The notes below the pieces were generated by a model. That model did not search any database, had not been told where the DNA came from, and saw nothing but the letters and a program-made list of their open reading frames with translations. Below, piece after piece: positions 18,791 to 26,181 of a stretch of DNA of 64,000 nt (position 1 is its first letter; every line of letters starts with the position of its first letter). The stretch lies in NCBI GenBank assembly GCA_024280215.1, contig JAJRQO010000006.1, positions 10,986 to 74,985 on the forward strand, read 5' to 3'. This stretch comes from Candidatus Zixiibacteriota bacterium (GTDB lineage Bacteria; Zixibacteria; MSB-5A5; GN15; FEB-12). The translations under genes were made by a program, and so were the position numbers.

Positions 18791-19258
18791 TCAGTTACCT
18801 GTATAGGTTACTGTAATGACAATATTGGTACTATAACTTCCCTCGTTTTGGGAAAGCCCAGGGACTAATATCCCTCCCAGCCAAACATAGAGTCCATTAG
18901 AACCTATTCGATAGGTTAAAGTATGCCAAGGGTCCAGATTATTAAACTCTGGATTTGATTGGTCAGGAGTTGCTGAAGTGTCGATAGCACAGTCGGTCTC
19001 TTGAAAAATTACCTGCATGTTTGATGAGCCAATATTCATATAGGTTGGCAGAGCGAAGTCGATTGTGATTTCATTGCCCGCTATACCAGAGATATAAAAC
19101 TCAGCAGCAAAGCCAGCAGTTGTTTTTGAAATTGTTTTTGGAATGCCAGGGTAGACCGTTCCAAAAGTAAGATTATTATTCACCGTAACATTTTGAGCAA
19201 ACAGATTTGTACTTAGCACGAGCAGACAAAACAAAACTATTTTCAGGGTATTTTTCAT
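18791..19258 (-). CDS. DUF4402/SCPU-like secreted subunit, paralog A (short, divergent, lacks the N-terminal extension)
   Basis: The signal peptide ends LFAQ, followed directly by NVTVNNNLTFGTVYPG. The C-terminus is NEGSYSTNIVITVTYTGN. It is the first gene of the locus. Confidence 0.6.
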   Translation of the reverse strand: MKNTLKIVLFCLLVLSTNLFAQNVTVNNNLTFGTVYPGIPKTISKTTAGFAAEFYISGIAGNEITIDFALPTYMNIGSSNMQVIFQETDCAIDTSATPDQSNPEFNNLDPWHTLTYRIGSNGLYVWLGGILVPGLSQNEGSYSTNIVITVTYTGN

Positions 19259-19351
19259 AAAGATAAATTATACTTTTCATCTTTTTATGTCAATATAAAG
19301 AAATTTTGATTTTATCCTTTTATAGATGATAAGAACCAGTATACTATATGT

Positions 19352-19987
19352 ATGAGTGATAAAAAAGAAAGAACAGAAATTGAGCTAAAACTTTCGCTCC
19401 CATCATTTGCCGATTATCTCAAATTGATTGGTTTTATTGGTGAGGCAAAAAATGCTACTTGTCAAAAAAATATTTTTTACGACACCTATGATAGAAAAAT
19501 TTCTGCTCTTGGCTATGCCCTCAGAATGCGAATAGAATCAAATCGAGCGATTATCACATTGAAATCTACAACAGTTCAAAAAGGGAAAGCAGCAATACGC
19601 AATGAAATTGAAGAAACTATTTTTTTAGAACAAGCTCTTTTAACTAAAAAAGAAAATAGCATTCTCGAATTAGATATATGTCCTATACAACATCTTCTTG
19701 CTCAAACAAAAAACTTTGGAGAACTTAAACCAATTTTACAATTTGAAAATGAGCGTATTAAAAAAGAAATCCGATTAGGCGACAACAGCTATATGTTTGA
19801 AATTGACAAAACGACCTATGCTAATGGACAAATTGATTATGAACTTGAAGTTGAACTTACATCTGTAGAGAAAATCGAATCTGCTGAAGCGGATTTTCAA
19901 AAATTGTTTAAATTGCTTGAAATCGAATTTTTTACACAAAAAAAGTCTAAATTTGAGCGTGCCTTAGAAATTGCTGATTTACAATAA
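19352..19987 (+). CDS. CYTH-domain protein (triphosphate tunnel metalloenzyme family)
   Basis: N-terminal ExExK signature (TEIELKLSL) and alternating charged beta-strands (YELEVELT). Confidence 0.65.
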   Translation: MSDKKERTEIELKLSLPSFADYLKLIGFIGEAKNATCQKNIFYDTYDRKISALGYALRMRIESNRAIITLKSTTVQKGKAAIRNEIEETIFLEQALLTKKENSILELDICPIQHLLAQTKNFGELKPILQFENERIKKEIRLGDNSYMFEIDKTTYANGQIDYELEVELTSVEKIESAEADFQKLFKLLEIEFFTQKKSKFERALEIADLQ

Positions 19988-19991
19988 ATTC

Positions 19992-20489
19992 TTACTCTTT
20001 ATTCTTATAAAATTCTAAAAGTGATAAAAACTGCTCAGATGGGTAGTAATTTGCCTGAATCCGCCCAAAATAGGCATTGTCTGTATCTAAAATCAATAAT
20101 GATGGCACTCCCACCAAATTATAGAGCTTAAACAACTGATTTCCCGTTAATAATGTATCATTAAACTGAATTAACGTATCATTGGCAGTAGAAATACGTG
20201 CGATATTGTATGAACTGTTAAGAGTGACAATAACAGCTGAATCAACAAATGTATTGGCTTCCATCAAAACACCATCAGAGCAGGCATCATCAGTGAAATA
20301 AAGTATCGAAAGTGGCTTTTTTGCCGTTGATGAACTATAGATGAGAGAAGTGCTTACCCACTCAATTGTCGAATAATTGACAAAATCTGACCGCTTGGCA
20401 GAAGTCAGCTCTGGTTCAGATGGCTTGGAACAGCTCATCAAACTGAGAGCTAAAAGCAGGAAAAACACTGATTTTAAAGGCTTTTTCAT
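19992..20489 (-). CDS. thioredoxin-fold lipoprotein lacking the CxxC active site
   Basis: Lipobox LSLMSC. ILYFTDDACSDGVLMEANTF ... YNLVGVPSLLILD resembles the thioredoxin_7-like layout, with CxxC replaced by ACSDG. The ORF also allows a start at 20504. Confidence 0.45.
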   Translation of the reverse strand: MKKPLKSVFFLLLALSLMSCSKPSEPELTSAKRSDFVNYSTIEWVSTSLIYSSSTAKKPLSILYFTDDACSDGVLMEANTFVDSAVIVTLNSSYNIARISTANDTLIQFNDTLLTGNQLFKLYNLVGVPSLLILDTDNAYFGRIQANYYPSEQFLSLLEFYKNKE

Positions 20490-20632
20490 GACATTAGTAT
20501 ACATATTTGTTTATCGGTAGGGCAAGCTTTAAATCTTTAATGCAAAGAGAAAATAGACCCGAAAATATTTCCTCTTGAATTTTAGAGACAGATTTATATA
20601 TTATAGTTAACTTATCTACTAAGGAGAATTTC

Positions 20633-20944
20633 ATGAGTACTGCTGGACTTTTATGTTGGAATTGTGGTAAACCAACTGGTATTACAGGTCGTGTTATGCG
20701 GACCGACTCTTGTGTTGACTGTCTTGCTGATTTAAGATGTTGCCGTGGTTGTCGTTTTTTTGATCCAACCAGAAATAAGCAATGCAAAGAACGAATCGAA
20801 ACAACGGTAACCAATAAAGATAAAAACAATATGTGTGATTTTTACCAAAAACGAGATGCCGACAAAATCGCTGGTGGTGTCTCACATCAGAGAAACTCCA
20901 AAGTAGATAAAAAGAAAAGCTTCGACGATCTTTTCAAAGATTAA
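20633..20944 (+). CDS. small cysteine-rich (zinc-ribbon-like) protein of unknown function
   Basis: SD AAGGAGA lies upstream. There are 10 Cys within the first 70 aa, arranged as CWNC...CVDC...CCRGC...C...C. The tail is basic/acidic. Confidence 0.6.
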   Translation: MSTAGLLCWNCGKPTGITGRVMRTDSCVDCLADLRCCRGCRFFDPTRNKQCKERIETTVTNKDKNNMCDFYQKRDADKIAGGVSHQRNSKVDKKKSFDDLFKD

Positions 20945-21106
20945 GAGAAATCTCGATTTAACTTTCTCTTTTATATAAAACATCTAAATAACTTCAAATA
21001 AACCAAATTAATCGAAACTTTTTGTATATTTTCTACGTTTCAGTATGTATACTAAATGGAGCAATGAAGTATATTATAAGATTTTTTACCTTACATATTA
21101 CCTCCC

Positions 21107-21143
21107 AAAAAAAGAGAGATAGTCTAACTACCTCTCTTTTTTA
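21107..21143 (+). terminator. possible rho-independent terminator
   Basis: The stem aaagagag / ctctcttt has a 13-nt loop and is followed by a T-run. The stem is AT/GA-rich and weak. Confidence 0.35.
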
Positions 21144-21187
21144 TTTGCATCGCAAATTTTTCTAATTTAATTTTACAAGTAAAGTAG

Positions 21188-21246
21188 GTCAGAAGCCCTG
21201 TGCTTCTGACTTTTTATGGAATAGTCAAGACCGCAGGGGTCTTGAC
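21188..21246. repeat. pair of related 9-bp-stem hairpins in inverted orientation (REP/BIME-like)
   Basis: The first hairpin is gtcagaagc-cctgt-gcttctgac (21188..21210, followed by ttttt). The second is gtcaagacc-gcagg-ggtcttgac (21224..21246). The reverse complement of the second is gtcaagacc-cctgc-ggtcttgac. It shares the gtca/tgac ends and the loop with the first, and has compensatory changes in the stem. Confidence 0.6.
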
Positions 21247-21303
21247 CTATAAGAACTACGATATATAACAAAAACCTATTAGGTTATCCCTACTAATTTA
21301 ATT

Positions 21304-22236
21304 TTACAAGCCTTTTATCCAAGTCGAGAGATGTTTGTCGGCTACCTTTGGATTGTATTGAATAGTGCCTATCAATTTTTTAGACTTAATTCCAGCCACA
21401 ATAACGCCATAGGTGCTATCTTTAAATGCTATCGAAAAGGTTGAGTCAAAGGCAAAACGGTTGAATCCTTCGACCACCTCGCCATGTTGACGGGCATACT
21501 GTTTGAGGTATTTAAATTTTAGACCATCTAAATCCATCATCAAAAAGAAAGTCAAACTATCCTCACCAATCAGATATGACGTAGTGTAGACTTCATTCAT
21601 CCCAGGAATATCTAAGTACTGGTATGGAATAAACTTGCCAGATGGGATAATTTTGGAAGCATACGGAAAGAGTAGAAAAAACGGTGGGGTCGCTTGCGAC
21701 CCGATGATAGTTTGGTCTAACGAGATACAGAAATCTTTCATAATTCTGGTTGCTTCATCGGTTGTCTGCATGACAGAAGTGACAACGACATAATCATTCT
21801 TTACCATATAGCGGCTATTGCCATACTGAAATGATTCAGCACCGATCTTCTCAATCTTTATACCATGAGGTCTATATGATGCATAAAAACCATACGCTTT
21901 GATTTCATCCGCAAACTGGATTACTTCAGCAGAAAGAGAATTTTCTTTAAATTTGTAGCTTCCTGACGTCATCCCAACAAAATGATGATTCATGTATTGC
22001 TCTGTTTGAGATGCTTGTATAGTGCTGAATTCTTTTGCTCTAATAGTTTTTGCTGGTTCTGTAAGAGTCAGATTATGTTTTTCAAATTTCTCAGGAAGCA
22101 ACGTATCAGCATAGTACGGCATTGATTCAAGGTTTTCTACGATATATGCAGGGGCAACGGGAGGAAGTTTTTCCTCTTTTTTTGAACAGGAAACAACAAC
22201 AATAATAAGAGATAATAAAATAAGAACTTTTTTCAT
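21304..22236 (-). CDS. lipoprotein of unknown function, translationally coupled to the UbiA-family gene
   Basis: MKKVLILLSLIIVVVSCSKKEE contains a lipobox. The ATG at 22236 overlaps the upstream TGA (ATGA). Confidence 0.6.
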   Translation of the reverse strand: MKKVLILLSLIIVVVSCSKKEEKLPPVAPAYIVENLESMPYYADTLLPEKFEKHNLTLTEPAKTIRAKEFSTIQASQTEQYMNHHFVGMTSGSYKFKENSLSAEVIQFADEIKAYGFYASYRPHGIKIEKIGAESFQYGNSRYMVKNDYVVVTSVMQTTDEATRIMKDFCISLDQTIIGSQATPPFFLLFPYASKIIPSGKFIPYQYLDIPGMNEVYTTSYLIGEDSLTFFLMMDLDGLKFKYLKQYARQHGEVVEGFNRFAFDSTFSIAFKDSTYGVIVAGIKSKKLIGTIQYNPKVADKHLSTWIKGL

Positions 22237-23105
22237 AATATATACAACACCACTATAACGGTTAGAATCCATAAAATAACAGTCGCCAAAATCGGTAAAT
22301 CAGAAATCATGATTTTAGTTGGCGAACCACCTTTCTCTTCTTTGTGAATCAAATATAAATATCTGAAAATCCCATAGACCACAAACGGAATTGTCAGAAA
22401 CAAATTTTCGGTATGTAATTTTGTTGAAACTTCAGGAGAAAATGAATAGAGCATATACATTACCACCACCGATGCGGTCACGACTCCAATAAGTTGATCT
22501 AACAGATACGGTGAATAGCTGTTTAAAATTTTGCGATGGTTCTCCGCCTTTCCCTCAAGTAAAGTTAGCTCATGACGTCTTTTGCCAAATCCTAAAAAGA
22601 GGGCTAACAAAAGAGTGTTAATCAAGAGCCATTCTGATGTATCCACTCCGATAATAACTGCTCCAGCGTATGCTCTGAGAACAAAACTCATCGCAATCGA
22701 CATAACATCGATAAGCACGATATGCTTCAAAAAGAGTGAATAGAGCAGGTTAAAAAGAACAAATACAGATGCCACTATAAAAAATGAATAATCAACAACC
22801 CAAGCAACTCCCAAAGCAGAGGCAAACAGAAAGAATATAGCTCCAATAACGACAGCAGTAGATAACTCGCCAGATGCTATCGGACGTAGTTTTTTTAAAG
22901 GATGGAGCTTATCTCTCTCTTTATCAAAATAATCATTGAAGAGATATAATCCAGACGATAAAAAACAGAACACTACAAATGCTATAATCGCTTTCATCAG
23001 GCTCTCAGTCGTCATCATTTCACCAGCAAATATAAGAGCGGCAAATAGAATCAGATTTTTGAGCCATTGAGCAGGTCGGGCTGATTTAAATAAGGCTATT
23101 ATCAT
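22233..23105 (-). CDS. UbiA-family prenyltransferase, decaprenyl-phosphate phosphoribosyltransferase-like
   Basis: N-terminal RPAQWLKNLILFAALIF and Asp-rich motifs NDYFDKERDKLHP. About 8 TM segments. Confidence 0.7.
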   Translation of the reverse strand: MIIALFKSARPAQWLKNLILFAALIFAGEMMTTESLMKAIIAFVVFCFLSSGLYLFNDYFDKERDKLHPLKKLRPIASGELSTAVVIGAIFFLFASALGVAWVVDYSFFIVASVFVLFNLLYSLFLKHIVLIDVMSIAMSFVLRAYAGAVIIGVDTSEWLLINTLLLALFLGFGKRRHELTLLEGKAENHRKILNSYSPYLLDQLIGVVTASVVVMYMLYSFSPEVSTKLHTENLFLTIPFVVYGIFRYLYLIHKEEKGGSPTKIMISDLPILATVILWILTVIVVLYIL

Positions 23106-23217
23106 GAGAGAAAAGTACGAAATCCCAATAGAGGATTCAAGTTTTATTATCAGAAAGAAATATACTCAATAGTTCTTTCTGATTGCCATTAGAGTAAAAT
23201 TTACTGATATTAGGCAG

Positions 23218-24159
23218 ATGAGAAAAGAACATAACAAAAAGAAAACAAATCATTATTGTCTTTTAGTAAATCAAAAAGCAATTAATTATTCTTCAGCTCC
23301 TATAAAAAAGCTCACCACCGAAATCCGAAAACGTGGCGAAAACTATACGATTTTTGAACCAGAGACCGCTTTTAAACTATTAAATACTGCTCTCAAAGCA
23401 ACTGGGGCGAAAAAATGGCATAGGGAAGTTCCAAAAACATTTAGCCAACGAGGCAAAGTAACCATGTTGGTCGCTTGTGGTGGTGATGGAACACTAAACC
23501 TAGTGGGACGTGCGGCACTTCAGGCAAACCTACCGATGGGTATTTTACCTATGGGGAAATTTAACAATATTGCCAATTCATTACAAAAGGAATCCTCTGT
23601 CGATTCTACAATTCAATCTATTTTAGAAGGTACATATAAAAAAATCGATTGTGGCAAAATTGGAGACCAACTCTTTTTTGGTTCTGCAGCTATTCGATTT
23701 ACTCCTGCGATGCAAGAACAGGTCACACATAATTCACTTTCACGCTTTGCATTTAAATGGGGACAATTGGCTACTAAAGCTGCTGCTGATGTTAAAACAG
23801 GTTCATTGATTGTAAAAATCGACGCTTTTCGATTTGAGATTTCACCAACAATATTAAATATTAATCTGCTTTCAGATTCGGTTGGGATTCCTCTTTCTCC
23901 AAGTTCGATTTCTGATGATTTGCAGGCAGAAGTTATAATTGATTTTGATGATAATAAAAATAATATCGGTCAATTCATTCGTCAATTGTATAAAAAGAAA
24001 TACATATATGGTAATGAGTTCAAACTATTTCGAGGTAAAAATATCTCGATACAACCTGTCAAAGGGGAAACTCTTTATCTTGATGGAGAACTCATTGAGT
24101 TACCTAACGAAGTCTTAAACATTGAAATCTCTGACAGGCAACTCAAAATTATTTGTTAA
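23218..24159 (+). CDS. diacylglycerol/lipid kinase family protein (DAGK catalytic domain)
   Basis: VACGGDGTLNLV and GILPMGKFNNIA motifs. Confidence 0.7.
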   Translation: MRKEHNKKKTNHYCLLVNQKAINYSSAPIKKLTTEIRKRGENYTIFEPETAFKLLNTALKATGAKKWHREVPKTFSQRGKVTMLVACGGDGTLNLVGRAALQANLPMGILPMGKFNNIANSLQKESSVDSTIQSILEGTYKKIDCGKIGDQLFFGSAAIRFTPAMQEQVTHNSLSRFAFKWGQLATKAAADVKTGSLIVKIDAFRFEISPTILNINLLSDSVGIPLSPSSISDDLQAEVIIDFDDNKNNIGQFIRQLYKKKYIYGNEFKLFRGKNISIQPVKGETLYLDGELIELPNEVLNIEISDRQLKIIC

Positions 24160-24166
24160 AATTATA

Positions 24167-24739
24167 ATGTCTATGAGAACTATTTTATACATATCTATTA
24201 TCAGTTATCTTTTTATATGGCATGTTGCTTCAGCCGATGAAAGTAAAGCAGTAGACACGGCTCTTTTTCAAATTGGCACTCAGCTTTATGGTACATCGCC
24301 AGTGACCGACTCAACCAATTACGAACGACACCTTTATCAAAATCCTACTAAGGCACTTTTCAAATCGATGGTTCTTCCTGGGTGGGGACAGTATGGCAAT
24401 AAGAAAAAGTGGAAAGCACTTTTTTATGTCTCATTTGATATATGGATGATTTCGAAAGCACTCGACCATAAGAAAAAAGCAAATGACCTTTGGAATACCT
24501 ATCAAAGTTTTGACGATGTCCCAACACGTAATTATTATCATGAATTATATGATGCTGAACGTGACCGTCGGAACAAGTATACTTGGTATGCAGTCATCAC
24601 ATCATTTTTTTCTATGTTTGATGCCTACGTTGATGCCCATTTAAGTGGATTTCCAAAGGAAAAAGAATCAAAAATTTCGATAGATTTTAAACCAACCGAA
24701 GAAAATCTTGCTTCGGTTTCATTATCAATTAAATTTTAA
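24167..24739 (+). CDS. DUF5683-like membrane protein
   Basis: It has a signal/TM segment. The VLPGWGQYGNKKKWKALFYV motif is typical of DUF5683. A start at 24167 avoids overlap with the upstream gene; the ORF track starts at 24122. Confidence 0.6.
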   Translation: MSMRTILYISIISYLFIWHVASADESKAVDTALFQIGTQLYGTSPVTDSTNYERHLYQNPTKALFKSMVLPGWGQYGNKKKWKALFYVSFDIWMISKALDHKKKANDLWNTYQSFDDVPTRNYYHELYDAERDRRNKYTWYAVITSFFSMFDAYVDAHLSGFPKEKESKISIDFKPTEENLASVSLSIKF

Positions 24740-26181
24740 TTTTCTAATATAAAATCTTTAATATCAAGGCCATGTTGAGCGGGTTCAATTTTCCTGACAA
24801 TCTTCCGATGGTTGTTTTCTTCGGTCGACAAATCAGTCCACTCAGGTGACTCAAGGAGTCCGTCTTTATCTCCTACAATTTTAACATACGGATTTGCTTT
24901 ATCTGCTTGATTGTTTGCAAGCACCAGAGCAATTTCATCTGATGTTAAGAGTACCAATGAACCAACTGGGTATACTCCAATAATATCATTAAAAAGTTTT
25001 AGCAGGAATTTATCAAATTTTATTTTCATCTGATACTGCATTTTTTTGATAACATCTTCTGGAGCTATTGATTTTTTGAGATAGACTCTCCCCGAAGTGA
25101 GGGCATCAAAAGAATCAACGATAGAGATAATTTTTGAGAATAACGTTGTTTCTGTCTTATCAAGACGCAACATCGGATAGCCAGTAAAATCATTGTTAAT
25201 ATGATGCTCAAATGCTCCCCTTGCGGCTCTGGCAGTATGCATATCAAACTTTAAATTTCGTAAAATTGTCTTTGCCCCAAGCAAAGGATGACGTTGCATT
25301 TGAATCCAGTCATTCTCATCGTATGCATCTGGTTTTGAAATCAAATCACTCGGTAATTTTACTTTTCCGATATCATGAAAAAGAGCAGCAAAACCAAGCT
25401 GGGACAACCTCGCTCTGTCCATTCCTAAGCGTACTCCAAGAGTGAGTGAATACACAGCGACATTGGTTGAATGAGCATAGGTATAATCATCAAAATCTCG
25501 AATCGATGCAAGTTCTATCAGTGACGATTCATCTTGAGAAATTTGGTCAATAAGCGAATGAACAACTCTTTTTGTTTTAGATATGTTTATTTCAGAATCG
25601 GATTGAGTGTTTACAACAACTTCCTGCACGACTGACATTGCTTTAAAAAATGTAGAACGAGCTTGGGTTCTAAGCTGACGACGCATCTCTTCAGTGAGCA
25701 ATGCTCCATCAATACCTTCTATCGCTTTTGAGAAAAGTTGGATGGATGGAAGTGAATTTTCTTTTAACTTTTCTGAGAGTGAATCCAAATTTTCTGAATT
25801 TGGTTTAATATGTGCCATGAAAATAAAAAAGCGTTCCATTTCATCTTTTGTTATTTCAGAAGCAAAACTTACACCACCAACTCCAAGGCTATTCCACTCT
25901 ACAATAATTGTATTTGCCGATGAAAGACCACCACCATCAAAACGTACCATTGATTCATTCACAAAATACCGACCCGCAATATTTTTTAAATCTGCTGAAT
26001 CATATTTTTTCATCAGAGGTTTGAGTGTTTCAAAAAAATTATCCGATTGTAGTGTAAATGTTTTATTATTTTTATCTACCATACGAGCAGTTTTATACAA
26101 CACAAAAAAACGATTAATAAACCGCTCTTCATCTTTACCCGCAAGTGTTCTAAGAGGTTCTTGTGCATTTATGACACTCAT
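24736..26181 (-). CDS. HD-GYP domain phosphohydrolase (putative c-di-GMP phosphodiesterase) with an uncharacterised N-terminal domain
   Basis: HSTNVAVYSL, LFHDIGKVKLP and HHINNDFTGYP form an HD...HD...GYP arrangement. Confidence 0.8.
   Translation of the reverse strand: MSVINAQEPLRTLAGKDEERFINRFFVLYKTARMVDKNNKTFTLQSDNFFETLKPLMKKYDSADLKNIAGRYFVNESMVRFDGGGLSSANTIIVEWNSLGVGGVSFASEITKDEMERFFIFMAHIKPNSENLDSLSEKLKENSLPSIQLFSKAIEGIDGALLTEEMRRQLRTQARSTFFKAMSVVQEVVVNTQSDSEINISKTKRVVHSLIDQISQDESSLIELASIRDFDDYTYAHSTNVAVYSLTLGVRLGMDRARLSQLGFAALFHDIGKVKLPSDLISKPDAYDENDWIQMQRHPLLGAKTILRNLKFDMHTARAARGAFEHHINNDFTGYPMLRLDKTETTLFSKIISIVDSFDALTSGRVYLKKSIAPEDVIKKMQYQMKIKFDKFLLKLFNDIIGVYPVGSLVLLTSDEIALVLANNQADKANPYVKIVGDKDGLLESPEWTDLSTEENNHRKIVRKIEPAQHGLDIKDFILEN

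Noticed and set aside
20494-20829. A 111-aa minus-strand ORF overlapping the Cys-rich gene.
   Set aside because: The plus-strand gene has a strong SD (AAGGAGA) and a structured CxxC pattern. The minus-strand product has no motif and would overlap the upstream lipoprotein gene start.
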